Assembly (NCBI RefSeq): GCF_000372725.1
Contig: NW_005201287.1
Location: 713,081 to 777,080, forward strand
Source: Emiliania huxleyi CCMP1516
Taxonomy: Eukaryota
DNA: 64,000 bases
Direction: 5' to 3'
Position numbers and translations under genes: made by a program. The notes below the pieces were generated by a model that had not been told where the DNA came from, made no database searches, and saw nothing but the letters and a program-made list of their open reading frames with translations. Numbering within the stretch: position 1 is the first letter of the stretch; each line of letters starts with the position of its first letter. Shown here piece by piece: positions 11,434 to 23,138 of the stretch.

Positions 11434-12389
11434 TCACAGCACACTGGCACGACAAGGGCGCAGACTGGCGCGGACTGGCACACAAAAAAAGAAGGGAAGC
11501 TGACATTAGTGCCACCCTCCCGCGGGTTTTTTCTTTCTTTTCGCCGCGGCCTTTGAGAGCGATGGCCGCAGCGCTCGTGGTGGAGGTTGGAGGCAGGAGG
11601 TCACGCCCCATCCAGAGCGCCGTCGTCGCCGGGTTTTTGGCCCCCGGGTCGTCGCCCGACGGTTGCTGCGCGGGGCAGCAGACCATCGGACGGCGCGACG
11701 ACGCCCCGTCCGGCACGCTCCCCCCTCCACCCGGCTATTGCCGCACGAGCGCCCTCAGCGGCGGAATTTTTCCCTCGCGCTTCCTTTTTGTTGTTTTGAG
11801 CTTAGCCTTCGATGTTATGAAAACAAACGCTTTGTTGTTTTTGAGCTTAGCCTTCGATGTTAGGAAACAAAGCAAGGTTTGTTGTTTTCCCTATTAAAAC
11901 TCCTGGGCTCTCAATGCCTAGCCCGCCGTCAGCCGCGGCCCGCATGTCCAGACAGTGCGGGCCTCGACGCCACACTAGGTCCATAGGGATTGGATTGAAG
12001 CCTGGCTCGTCTCGAAGGTGAGGTACCGAGGCCCTGAAATATCTAACGTAGTTGATGTGTATTAGGTATGTTGTCGGCAAAACAAGACACAGAGCTCACA
12101 CAGACAGAATCACAGCGGGAGGAAAGCGGCGAGTCGCAATTCCTGGGGTCGTTGTTGATGTATGTTGTTGGCAGCACGAGAGAGGAGCCTTCCAAAAAAT
12201 AATAAAATACTCTCACAGCACACTGGCACGACAAGGGCGCAGACTGGCGCGGACTGGCACACAAATAAAAGAGAAGGGAAGCTGACATTAGTGCCATCGC
12301 CGCGGCCTCCCATCCCTGAGGTGGTTTTTCTTTCTTTTCGCCGCGGCCTTTGAGAGCGATGGCCGCAGTGGCCGCAGCGCTCGTGGTGG
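11434..12389. repeat. Pair of ~150-175 bp direct repeats (11434-11583 and 12213-12389)
   Basis: Both copies share tcacagcacactggcacgacaagggcgcagactggcgcggactggcacacaaa...gaagggaagctgacattagtgcca...cgccgcggcctttgagagcgatggccgcag. Confidence 0.9.
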
Positions 12390-12965
12390 GCACTGCTGCC
12401 TTCGCACGCAATCTTGCTAAATTTCCTGTGTGCTGCTCGACGACATGCTCGTGGTCGTGCTCGAGGCTGGCCGGAGGCGTGCTGGTGGTGGTGGCTCCGC
12501 CTTCGCAGGTGGTGGCTCCGCCTTCGCAATCGCTGGTGCACTCACGCCTCCGGCACCGGACAAACAGTGCCGTGATGACCCTCCCGTCCCAACGTCGCCC
12601 GGCCATGGCGAGGCGCCATGCAGCGGTGGTTTGCACAGACTACACCACGGCCGCTGTGACCTTCTTCTCCAACGTGCGCGTGCCGGCCACACTGGTGGCT
12701 GCGACCGCAATCAAGGAGGCGTTCGTGCTTGTGAGTGTCCCACGCGACCTGGCGGCCTCGCAAGGATGGCGCATCCTGCGGCGGTGCTACACGCTGCTGA
12801 TGCTCTTCTCCTTCAGCGAGGAGCTGTCCTGTGTCTTCATCTCCACGGGAGCGATGATGCTGCTGCAGAGTGGCACGCTCGACACCAAAGCCCCGTCGCT
12901 CGTCGCATTGCTGGCGCGTGAGAGTGATACAGAAGTAGCATGCTGGTGGGTGATGAGATTTCCAT

Positions 12966-13062
<97 letters not shown>

Positions 13063-13672
13063 CCTGCCTCACACACACTAGCCCTCCCTCTCCGCCAGGT
13101 GCGAGAGCTCGAGTACGAGTACGTCTCGGTGCGGCACCACTTCATCACCGGCGAGTCGCCTCCCCCTCCCGGCGGTGTCAGACCTGTCCCATGACGCGTC
13201 CAACACACGTTCCCTTCCAGGCGTGCTCTCGTTGATGTTTGCGCAGGCGCTGCGCGCGCGGCAGGCGCTACCGCTGCCAGCCCTCGCGCGTTAACCCCAA
13301 CCCGACATGAAGAAACAACCCGCAACAACCCGCACCGAACCCTGCCAGGCACTCCGCTACCAGCCAGCCCTCGCGCGTGCAGCCATGTTCGCCGTCTGCT
13401 CTTCGGCCGCTTCGCTGCTCACGTACTCCAACGCGCGCACCATCACATACGGTGGCTACGCCGGGATGGCCCTCCGCTTCTGCGTGCTTCACCTCCGGCT
13501 GATGGCCTCCTACGCCCGGCTCGCACACCCGCTCGCCCTGATCGGGATCGCCTCCTCGGTCCTCGCGCTGGTCTTTGCGATTCAGGCGACGCACGAGCCG
13601 ACCCACGCGCCGCCCGAGGAGCGCCGCTTGGGCTGGGGGCTAGAGATGCCGGCCGCGCGCCGCCGTGGCTGA
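12359..13672 (+). CDS. Hypothetical multi-pass membrane protein, multi-exon
   Basis: Hydrophobic exons (TTAAVTFFSNVRVPATLVAATAIKEAF, LLMLFSFSEELSCVFIST, later TM-like segments) separated by introns, one containing (CA)n. Start uncertain. Confidence 0.5.
12967..13060. repeat. (CA)n microsatellite, intronic
   Basis: Directly visible. Confidence 0.97.
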
Positions 13673-13892
13673 GGCGGGCCTGACCGCGGCCGAGGACGTA
13701 TAAGTCGTGCAACACACGACACCGGCACCGCGGAGAGTCTCTAATCGCCGCCGCCACACACGACACCGCGAGGAGTCTCTCCAGTAATCAAATGAGAGCA
13801 CTGGGGTCGACCATTCCTCTTTGGTTCGCAGGTCTTGTTTTATTCGCTCAGAGACAGGGTGCGCCGCAAGCAGCGCAGCGAACCTTGGGCTT

Positions 13893-14150
13893 CTAACCCG
13901 CGTCCTTTGACTGACGCTCCTCCCACTGCCTCCTTACAAGCTCGCCTATGCCCGCAGGGCCGTCCGGCTCCGCCGCTCTCCGCTCCGCCTCTTTGCGCAC
14001 CACGACGCTGTAGAAGTTGGTGTCCTTGATCCAGACCTTGATCATGAAGAACTCCATCGCCGCGCCCAACGCCGCGCTGGAGCAGACGAGAAACGCGGCG
14101 CGGCGAGGCGGCAAGCCCGTCAGCCGGGTGATGAACGGGAGTGCCGCCAT
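13893..14150 (-). CDS. Small mitochondrial membrane protein, UQCC5/SMIM4 (UPF0640)-like, 85 aa
   Basis: From ATG 14150, LGAAMEFFMIKVWIKDTNFYSVVVRKEAERR matches the recalled family pattern LG..MEW.MIKV.VG...FY.V..RK..ER. Confidence 0.7.
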   Translation of the reverse strand: MAALPFITRLTGLPPRRAAFLVCSSAALGAAMEFFMIKVWIKDTNFYSVVVRKEAERRAAEPDGPAGIGELVRRQWEERQSKDAG

Positions 14151-14920
14151 CCGGCTGCTTTGCCCACTTGGGCGACGAGAAGAAGAATTCAATTTACCCC
14201 CCCGTCCACAGGTCTTGTCGCGGTCCGGTAGTTCGCCGGGCCCCCTGTTAGAGAAGGCGTCACACGGTCGCTCGGCCGCGGGACCAACGGGGCAATCAGG
14301 TCGCCCCGAATATTCGAGGGCAAGCTCCTCCACCGCACGACCCCTTCCCAGTACACCGGGGAGACCGGGTCCTGGGCCCTCACCTGTTGGTGGAGCACCC
14401 CCTTCGCCTCGCGAGACATCCGAGGTATCGACGTTGGTTTGAGGCAATCCGCAGCAGACCCGACCCGCTCCGAGAGAGCGGGCTTCCGCACCATCCCATA
14501 CCTCTCGGAACGGGAAGGAGCACCGGGGGCAGTCCGCGTCAGCGAGTCGGTCGGGCGCAAACCCCGTCGGTAGGGGGGTGGTCCTGCCGAGGCCACATCG
14601 GGTGCATCCCCTCGCGTGGCAGATGTGCTCCGCCCTCGCGGCCCACGGCGCCCCTTGCTGGCTCTGGGGGGAGGGCGGGGGGGTCGATGTCGATGACCCC
14701 TCCGTGCTCCCGAAGGGTCGGTCCGATTCGTTGCAGAGTGTCTCCGCGTCGAGCTGAGCCTCCGCACCTTCGGCCGTGGTCAGCGTGATGCCGTCCACAT
14801 CGGCGAGGTTGACATGTCCGTGCCCGGTCCTCTCCTCCGCGTCCGCGCCGCCCGATGCGACGCTGGCCGCGCGCCCGCCCACGGCGAGGACCTAGCTAGC
14901 GGGAGGCGTTACACGTCCTG

Positions 14921-15630
14921 GTGCAGCGGTTCGGGCGCGCGCCGCAGGATGCGCGGACCTACTTTGACGACATCGTGAGCGGCCGCCACTGCTCTCGCAC
15001 TCGCTGGATGCGCTTCTATGGCAACGAGGGCGACGAGGTTTCGCGGCGCGACGGCACGCCTGACTTTACGCGGCCGGCGCCGGCAATCCTGGGCTTCGAC
15101 TCGGGCGGCGGCTCAATTGACGGCTTCTGCGGGCGCCACGGGGGGTGGGGCAGCACCATCAGGCAGCGCTGCGTCCGCGCCAACCTGCAGCTGCTCGCCG
15201 TCTGGCCCTCTGACTACAACTTGTGCCGCAACTTTGAGTGGCAGGCGTGCGCTGCGCAGGGCAGCCTGCCAGACCAGGACGAGAACCGCATCAAATTTGC
15301 CGTCGCGCCCGGGTCCCTAAACACGGGCGGCGCTTACGGCCACCCCTTCAACCGCTGCTCCGGCTGGACTCCGAACGGCGCCAACAGCGGGACATACCCG
15401 AACGCGGGCTATGCGAACGACGACATCTTTTTCCTGGAGACGTGCTCTTCAACCTCCAGATCTGCGAGAATGGCGAGGAGCTCTTCCGCTTGAGGGCTGG
15501 CGAGGAGTGGCGCTGCCGCTTCTCGCCAGAGCGGGTGTACGAGCTGCAGCGGATCTTGATGACCCCGGCGGAGCCCGAGCCGTGGGGTGCGCCGCTGTGC
15601 CACTACAACCAGGCGGGGAATGAGGGGTGA
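14921..15630 (+). pseudogene. Cys-rich hypothetical protein, frameshifted near 15445 and apparently lacking its 5' part
   Basis: Protein-like frame (NLCRNFEWQACAAQG..NDDIFFLETC) continues in another frame as LFNLQICENGEELF. Could instead be a sequencing error. Confidence 0.5.
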
Positions 15631-16027
15631 GACGAGGCTGGCCCGGAGAAACTTAACTTACCCTTACCTGGCCCGGGCCGATTTTTTTCTGAGAAAGGCC
15701 TGGGTTCCGGCTCCTACCCGGATAGGGGGTCTGTTCCCACTGGCTGGCCCCTCCCAGATAGGAATCTATGTATGTCGAAAGGAGACGGCGCAAAGACGAG
15801 TTCGTCAGGCACAGAGGCCACAGCGCACACGGGGAACTGGAATGTCCGTGAAACGACTCGGAATCGAATCGGAACCCGGAAACGCATATATGAGCAAGAC
15901 GTCGAATAGGAAACGAGATGGGCATTCACGTGGACCGGAAACGCGCAATGTATCGCAGTTCGCGAGAGTCGGGAAACTGGAGCTGGCCCGCATGTCGGAG
16001 CGGGTGCGGCACACGGGATACCTAGGC

Positions 16028-16195
16028 TGTCTTCTGGACATCTTCTGGACATCTTCTGAACATCTCACTTCTGGACTCCTGGATCTTCTGGACATCTCAG
16101 CCTATTGTCTTCTGGACCTCTTCTGGACATCTTCTGAACACATCTCTTCTGGACCTCTTCTGGATCTTCCGGATCTCTTCTGGACGTTCTTGGGA
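16028..16195. repeat. Degenerate minisatellite (TCTTCTGGACA/C-like unit)
   Basis: Directly visible. Confidence 0.85.
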
Positions 16196-16231
16196 CTCCC
16201 AGAGAGTCTGTGGGACGCTGGGACGCGATGC

Positions 16232-17749
16232 CTAGGCAACCCGCATCGACGTGGCTGCTGAATGCGGCTTGACCGGAGCCTCGGGTGTCTTCTTGCAGAC
16301 CACCTTGAAATAGACGAGGAGGAAGGCCAGTCCGAGGACAATGAGCACAAGCAACGCGGCGGCGAGAATCACAACCAACGTGGTCAGCACGTCCTCCTTC
16401 CCAGTACCCGGCGGCGACGGCAGCAGTGGCGGAAAGGGGGGAGAGGAAGGTGGCGACGGGGGCGAGCACATCCCCTGCAGTGCATTGCGCGCCCAGGTCT
16501 CCAGCATCTGCCAATTTGCGTCGCTCATCGAGCCGTGCTGCTCCAGGACATTGAACGCGGGGCTGTAAAGGCGCGTCGCCCATGGGCCGCCGTCCTTGGA
16601 GTTGAAGGCGCTGCGTGCGCTTGCCTCGCTTGTGAAAACGTCGCCGAAAGCCCCCTGACTGCGCACATGCCATGTCACCACCCACCGTAGTTGGTCCTCG
16701 CAGGGGGGCGGCGGCGGGGATAAGACGGTGGTCTGGCCGTACCAGTTGTCACCCCAGCACTCTACGAGCGAGTTGTCCGCCCGGATGGCGCAGGTGTGGC
16801 GCCCGCCCGCCGAGATATGCGAGTACGGCACGTTTGGCATGATGTCGCGCGGGCGATTGTCACCCCAGCCCCAGCACTCTGCGAGCGAGTTGTCCGCCCG
16901 GATGGCGCAGGTGTGGTAAATGCCCACCGAGATCTGCGTGTACTCCACGTTTGGCGTGGCGACGGTCTGGCCGCTGCACTCTGCGAGCGAGTTGTCCGCC
17001 CGGATGGCGCAAGTCAGGTACTTGCCCGCCGAGATCTGCGTGTACGGCACGTTTGGCAAGACGGTGCCCTGGCCGTTGTAGCTGTAGCCCCAGCACTCTA
17101 CGAACGAGTTGTCCGCCCGGATGGCGCAAGTGTGCAAGCCGCCCGCCGCGATCTGCGTGTACTCCACGTTTGGCGATGGGGTGGCCTGACCGTCGTCGTT
17201 GAGGCCCCAGCACTCTGCGAGCGAGTTGTCCGCCCGGATGCCGCAGGTGTGCGTGCCCCACACCGCGCCGCCCGCTGAGATCTGCGTGTACGGCACGTCT
17301 GGCGATGGGGTGCTCTGGCCGAAAGTGTTGTCACCCCAGCACTCTGCGCGCGAGTTGTCCGCCCGGATGCCGCAAGTGTGGTATATGCTCGCCGAGATCT
17401 GCGTGTACTGCACGTTTGGCGAGACGGTGGTCTGGCCGTACTCGTTCCAACCCCAGCACTCTGCGAGCGAGTTGTCCTCCCGGATGATGCAGGTGTGGTA
17501 CTCGCCCGCCGAGATTGAGGGCGTGCAGCATGGCTTGTCGTATCCAATGTCTTTGATCCAGCATTGTGTGGGCGGAGACTCCCTTTCGTCAGGCACATAG
17601 CCTCCGTAGTATGCACCTTCGCCCTCGTAGCAGCTGCAATTGCAAAGCGGCGGCGCCGGTGGCGGCGGAGGCGACGCGGCGGCTAGTGCAGTCAGTCGGC
17701 GTGGGGTGGTCATCGCCTCGCATGGCACGACCAGAGAGAGCATCAGCAT
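16232..17749 (-). CDS. Single-pass membrane protein with RCC1/BLIP-II/crinkly-type beta-propeller repeats
   Basis: About 7 near-identical ~39-aa repeats YTQISAGxxHTCxIRADNSxxECWG, an N-terminal signal-like segment, a Pro-rich stalk and a C-terminal TM helix. Confidence 0.85.
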   Translation of the reverse strand: MLMLSLVVPCEAMTTPRRLTALAAASPPPPPAPPLCNCSCYEGEGAYYGGYVPDERESPPTQCWIKDIGYDKPCCTPSISAGEYHTCIIREDNSLAECWGWNEYGQTTVSPNVQYTQISASIYHTCGIRADNSRAECWGDNTFGQSTPSPDVPYTQISAGGAVWGTHTCGIRADNSLAECWGLNDDGQATPSPNVEYTQIAAGGLHTCAIRADNSFVECWGYSYNGQGTVLPNVPYTQISAGKYLTCAIRADNSLAECSGQTVATPNVEYTQISVGIYHTCAIRADNSLAECWGWGDNRPRDIMPNVPYSHISAGGRHTCAIRADNSLVECWGDNWYGQTTVLSPPPPPCEDQLRWVVTWHVRSQGAFGDVFTSEASARSAFNSKDGGPWATRLYSPAFNVLEQHGSMSDANWQMLETWARNALQGMCSPPSPPSSPPFPPLLPSPPGTGKEDVLTTLVVILAAALLVLIVLGLAFLLVYFKVVCKKTPEAPVKPHSAATSMRVA

Positions 17750-18246
17750 CTTGGCGGATGACACCTGCGGCGGTGGAGCGGTGCTCTGCCCGCGGTTGCG
17801 TGGCCAAGGGCGCGGGGTGGTTGCTTCGTATGCCAAACTGCCCATCGCCGCTGCAGTCGCCGCTGACACCGCTGCTGCCGCCACGCAGCTGCCGCGACAG
17901 AGAGCGAGTGCTTTGGGTGTGGAGAGGAGCGAGCGCACGCTGGGGAGTGTGAGCCGCGCACCATATCGCGATCGGAAGGAGCGACGTAGAGCGACGCCGT
18001 CTGATCGACTTTGATCCTCGCGTGACTCAATCGTGTCGGCGGCTTCCCTGAACATGATTTTTTTTGTCCGTCACACTTCTCTCTCGGGGGCTTGGGCGGG
18101 CCGCCCGGCGCCCGTACGTAATCGTTAACCCAGCCAGGCAGAAATAAAGAAAGAAAGCCAGTGCAGCAGCGCGTTGGGAGCGGATTGGTTCCCAACGCGG
18201 CCAATTGATATCAACCCCGGGGTTTTTTTCTGAGACGGCCCCGCCT

Positions 18247-18427
18247 GGGTTCCAACTTTTTGCGGGGTATGGTATGGTAGGGTCGCGGCCCAAAGGGTGG
18301 GGGGGTATGGTCCTGACCGCCCATCCCCGGTCTCCGGGAGGCTGGGTCTGTCAGCAGGCGGGGGGGTATGGTCTCGAGGTGGGTTGCGCGACGCTACCAT
18401 ACCATACCCCGCAAAAAGTCCGAACCC
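18247..18427. mobile_element. MITE-like foldback element, 41-bp inverted repeats
   Basis: gggttccaactttttgcggggtatggtatggtagggtcgcg (18247-18287) pairs with 18387-18427 at 3 mismatches. No TSD seen. Confidence 0.65.
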
Positions 18428-18522
18428 TGCTCCTCGTTGTTGTGCTCGGTCATCCGCCGCTGCATGAGGTTTCGGTGAAGAAGGACTTTCGGCGACGTCC
18501 GTTCCCTTGGACACGTCGACAC

Positions 18523-19325
18523 ATGGCCCCGACGCAGCTCAGCATTGTGCTGGAGCGCATGCTAAACGAACTCGGGATAGCCGACCTCAGTAAGTTCGAG
18601 GCTGTGCTCATGCACGATACAGGCGCGGTGCTCGACGCGATCCGAAGCACCGCTGCAGCCGCAGAGGCTGGTGCGGCGGCTTATGCCAGCTCGGCCACGA
18701 GCAATGTTGTTGTGTGCCCAAGCAGCACTGCTACCGCTGGCGCAATCTCTGTTCAGCACAAGGGCAGCATCTCCCGCACTCTCGTCAGCACAGACGCGCA
18801 AACCACGCTAAAGGGCTCGGACGTCCATGCAGCCGCGAGTAGTGCGACTGCTGAGATGCTGCTCCGGCAGGAGTTATAAGAGAAGTTGCGGTCACAGACC
18901 AAGGATCTCGCTTCTGAGCAGCGCTCTGCGAGCGCTATGAAGAAGGCGCGCTCGCGTCGGCGCGGGATGAGCTTGCTGCGGCACAAGAGCTGAGGCGCTC
19001 CGACTGCGACAACCTGAGGAGAGCGCAGCAGGCTGCTAAACGCGACATCAAAGCGGCCGAGCGGATGGCCGACCAGGCAAATCATGCAGCTCGAGCTGAG
19101 TGTGAGTGGCGTATCGGCGAGATGCGGGCCAAGATGCAGGCCGAGCTGCGCGAGCAGCTCGACGCGCTGCAGATTTCGATGGAGGCAGAGGCGAGGCGCG
19201 CTGATGCCGCAGAGGCGGAGAGGTCAAGGCTGCACAACAAGATGGAGGGGATTATGCGCACGCGTGAGGGGTTAATAGACGCACTCGCAGAGGTGCAGCG
19301 CAAGCGCGAACATAGTGATTGTTAA
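18523..19325 (+). pseudogene. Degenerate coiled-coil ORF relic with stops and frameshifts
   Basis: Helical, charged reading frames broken by a stop at 18879 and later frameshifts. Lies between two mobile elements. Confidence 0.35.
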
Positions 19326-19582
19326 GAGATATACGTAGCGTTACAGTCGTACGGTCGTCGACCCTCCCACTGTTTGGGCCGCCCGTGCGGACCCCGGAGA
19401 GAGCTGTTGCGCGTGCAGACAGCGTTGCGCGAGCACTGGAGAGGCCAGCCCCCGGCTTCTCAGCATGTCGCGAGTGCTGTGTCTCTGCCTACCTGGTAGC
19501 TGGGTGCGGTGGGGGACTCCCTGGTGGCTTTTGGTTACAAATTTACGGATTTGCGGATTTACGGATCCACCCCCCTCCCTCC

Positions 19583-20560
19583 CTGAGCCCTGGTCTGACA
19601 GACTGACAGCAAACCCGGACAGCGCCTGACAGTGCCCGACAGCCTGACAGCGCTGACAGCACTTTCTCTGACAGCCTGACAGCACGTATCTGACAGCCTG
19701 ACAGCAGAGTCTGACATCAGAGGGGCTCCGTCGCTGTCAGGCCCTAACGTGACAGCCTGACAGCTGCCTGACAGCCCGACAGCACACAGTGGCCTGACAG
19801 CAGCGCTGACAGCCCGACAGCCCGACCAGCCCGACAGCAGCACAGACCGTACACAGCCGTGCAGCCTCTTTCTTGCGCCCCATGAGGGTATAACAAAACA
19901 TGCAAAGACATGTGAGTGTGGTCCATGTCCATGTAGTCATGGGCTGGTCATGGGTCTCTCTCTCAACCCTCCGTCCCTCCCGCCCCACCTCTGCGTACCC
20001 CTCTCTAGCACCGGCGGCTGTGCTACTACAAATGAAGCTACCAGCTAGCCTTCTGGGGCCCTACAGTCATATGCCTACGGCGTCTGGGTGGGGGTGGCCG
20101 CCGCCGTCTGTGCCGCGCTGCCACCGCCGCCGCCTGCGCCTGCGCCGCCATCTGCGCTCCCCAGGCGGACCCCTTCTAGGCAGAGTAGAGACTAGAGTAT
20201 GTGTAGTAGAGTCCTGCTGGTCTCCTCTTGATAATGTCATAAGTGTGGATAGTGTGTCAGAGCCTGACAGCACCCCGACAGCACCAACCGACAGCACCTG
20301 ACAGCACCGGCGTCTCTGACAGCAGCAGCAGCCCGACAGCTCTGACAGCTCCGACAGCGTCTGACAGCAACACCCGACAGCTCCGACAGCACCCGACAGC
20401 TACGGAGCCCCTCTGATGTCAGACAAGCACCCGACAGCACCCGACAGCACTGACAGCACCTGACAGCTGGTCTGACAGAGGCACCTGACAGTGCCTGACA
20501 GTGCCTGACAGCCTGACAGATCACCTGACAGCACCTGACAGCCTGACAGCCAGGGCTCAG
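19583..20560. mobile_element. Non-autonomous TIR transposon, 978 bp, 8-bp TSD, with subterminal CTGACAG/CCGACAG arrays
   Basis: TIRs CTGAGCCCTGG/CCAGGGCTCAG. TSD CTCCCTCC at 19575-19582 and 20561-20568. An internal 30-bp inverted pair lies at 19709-19738 and about 20395-20424. Confidence 0.85.
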
Positions 20561-21185
20561 CTCCCTCCCCGTCCCGCGGCCCGGCCGTGAGACGCCGATC
20601 CGGGAATCAAGTTGTTGCCGGAAGTCACAAAGTCAAAAAGAACGATCGACGAAACCGGCGACATAACATCATCCCCGCATTTTCCCGCCCCAACGCGCCA
20701 TCAGTCACGAGTCAGCATGTTCACCGCGTTCACACGGTTCTCAGATCTCACCGCGGAGCCGGGAGGAAGCGTCCAGTCTCCAGACAACTCCTGAGCTCCT
20801 GAGTCCAATAAAAACAATAATGAATTTAAGCGAATCGCCGCTGAAGTGTGTGAAGAGTGAAAATTGCAAAGTCCATAAGCATCATATCACACTGCAAGTG
20901 CAACAGAGAACAGACAAAAAGACACGCGTAGGAATCCCGACACGGCGCTTGAGAAACTGTGGAACCCTGAGGTCTCCTCTCTCTGACAGACCCCCCAATC
21001 AGCCCGACATTCCACTCCAGTCTCCACCTCTCTCCGCACCTCACTCTCCCCACTTGCGACTTGCGGCCCCCCCGCGCCTTCTTTGCGTGTCCCCGAAAGC
21101 GGCCCGGTGGCCCTTAGTACGGCCCCGAAGCAACGAACGAGGCCCCTCTCCCCCTCCCAGCCCACCCCGCCACCCTAGCAACCGC

Positions 21186-22953
21186 CTAGGCCACCGCAAC
21201 TCGCTGCCCGATCCGCGCGGCGAGCTTGCCAGCCTGCGCCGGCGCGCGGCACGAGTGCAGGGTGAAGAGGACCACCTGTTCAGAGACCGATCCTGTGAAG
21301 GGGCGTCGCGGCAGCCGGCGCATCGCGGTCCGCCGCCACCGAGAAGAGGCTCAGCGCGCCCGCCTGGTGCGCGGAGCCGAGGTGGACCGGCACGCAGTTG
21401 ACCAGCGTCGCGACGCCGAGCCCGACCTGGCCCCACGCCGCGAGGAGGAGCAGGTCGGTGGCGAGGCGCAGCTGCGGCGGCAGCGGCATCGCCTGCACCC
21501 ACACCCACACGCCCGACACCGAGGCGAGGGTGGTGAGGGCGAGGGCGCGGTGGTGCAGCTGCACCGACGGCACCGACTCGAAGAAGTTGCGGTAGAGGGG
21601 CCGCAGCTCCATGTAGCCCTCGGGCACCAGCCGCCCCTCCATCAGCGGGAAGGTGTTGAAGGCGAAGCCCGCCTGTGGGACGCGTCGCGGACAACGTGTC
21701 GCGGACGCGTCGTGGACGTGTCGCGGACGTGTCGCGGACGTGTCCACCGGGGAGGGGTCGGAAGGCCGGGGCCGGCGGCACCTGCCTCCCGGCGACAAAG
21801 GCGCCAGAGATAGCGGTGACGCCGACGAGGAGGGCGAGGCCGCGCACGCGCTGCTGCAGCGGCCGGAGCGAGGGCAGCGCCACCGCCTCCGCCACGCGCG
21901 GCTGCAGGATCCCGAGCGAGGTGTGGAGCAGGACCGAAAAGATCCCAAACGCGCAAGTCAGGTGGGCGGCGAGGCGGTAGGGCGAGACGGTGGGGATGCC
22001 GCCGTCGATCGCCTCGACCTGCTTCGAGTCGAGGCCCGACCGCACCATCCACCACCCCACGAGGCCTACGGGGCCAAGCCGCGGGGACGCGTCACCGCAC
22101 CGCCTCTGGCCGTGCCTCGACCGCCTCCGCCCGCCGGCGAGGGCCTTGCGATCCGCCCGCGAGGAGAAGGCCGCCGAGGGTGGGGGCGAGGCTGCGCGGG
22201 ATGCGGCCTCGCGCCCAAAAGTAGGCGAGGGGCACGCCGTAGATGACGCCGATGGACCTGCGTGCCGGGCGGTGGCAGCGAGCCGTGGGAAGGGGGTGGC
22301 AGCGAGCCGTGGGAGGGGCGAGGGCTTGGGACGGTGCGGGGCCGGTGCTGTGCGGTGGAGTGTGGAAGGAGGGAGGGGCGCGGCCTGTGCGGCGGGCGAG
22401 AGAGGCTGGGCGAGGGAGCGCACCGTCCCATCATCCGGTGGAACCACTCCCAGAAGAAGATGCCCTTGAAGTCCTCCATCGAGAAGGGAATCGACGAGCC
22501 CTTGTACAGCCGCTGGTACTCGGGAAACTGCTTCCACCGGTCAAACTCGGCCTCCCACTCGGCGTCGTTGCGCGGCCACCGCTTGCCCTGCGGCCGCCAG
22601 TCCGTCATCGACAGGCCCGACCTCGTCAGCCGCGTGATGCCGCCAACGACGACCATGCAAAACACGGAGCCGCTGCTCACGAGCAGCCACCACCCGACGG
22701 CGCGGTCCACGGTCTGGGCCGCAGGAGCCGCCACCGCCGACGCGACGGCCTCCGCCACGCTGCCCGCGCCAACGCCGGGCATTGACAATGTCGAGCGGCC
22801 GCGTCGAGCGAGCGAGAGCAGTGGCTGGCTAGACGATACACTCGCGCTGAGCAGCCGAGGAAGCGCGCTGGTAGACGCGCTCGCGCCGGCGAGCAGCCGC
22901 GGCAGCGCGGGCAGTGCCCTCGCGCGCGCGACGCGGGCCGCCTGGAGCAGCAT
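21186..22953 (-). CDS. COX15: Heme A synthase (cytochrome c oxidase assembly protein COX15), multi-exon
   Basis: Mitochondrial-type presequence, then VVVGGITRLTRSGLSMTDW, FFWEWFHRMMGR, GWWMVRSGL, VSPYRLAAHL, AFNTFPLM, VQLHHR and QVGLGVATL..VPVHLGSAHQAG. Confidence 0.95.
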
Positions 22954-23138
22954 CGGGAACGAGCGACGAGCTGCGGCACAGGAGGAGGAGCAGCCGAGCG
23001 GCGAGCGCTTCGGCGACCAGCAGAATGTTCCAGTGTGCGAGAAGAAAAGTCCGTCGCAACATGCCGTCCTCCGTGCCACTGTTTTTCTTTCTTTCGGGCA
23101 AAATGTCCGTTTTATCAAGCTCTCAGCCGCCACCCATC

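Noticed and set aside
14160..14890. Cys-containing 5' extension of ORF 13893-14882
   Set aside because: It starts at GTG, has no recognisable family and is probably repeat-derived. Only the last 85 codons are supported.
19595..20555. CTGACAG arrays as a CRISPR array
   Set aside because: The units are 7-10 bp with no unique 30-40 bp spacers and no cas genes, and they lie inside a TIR/TSD-bounded element.
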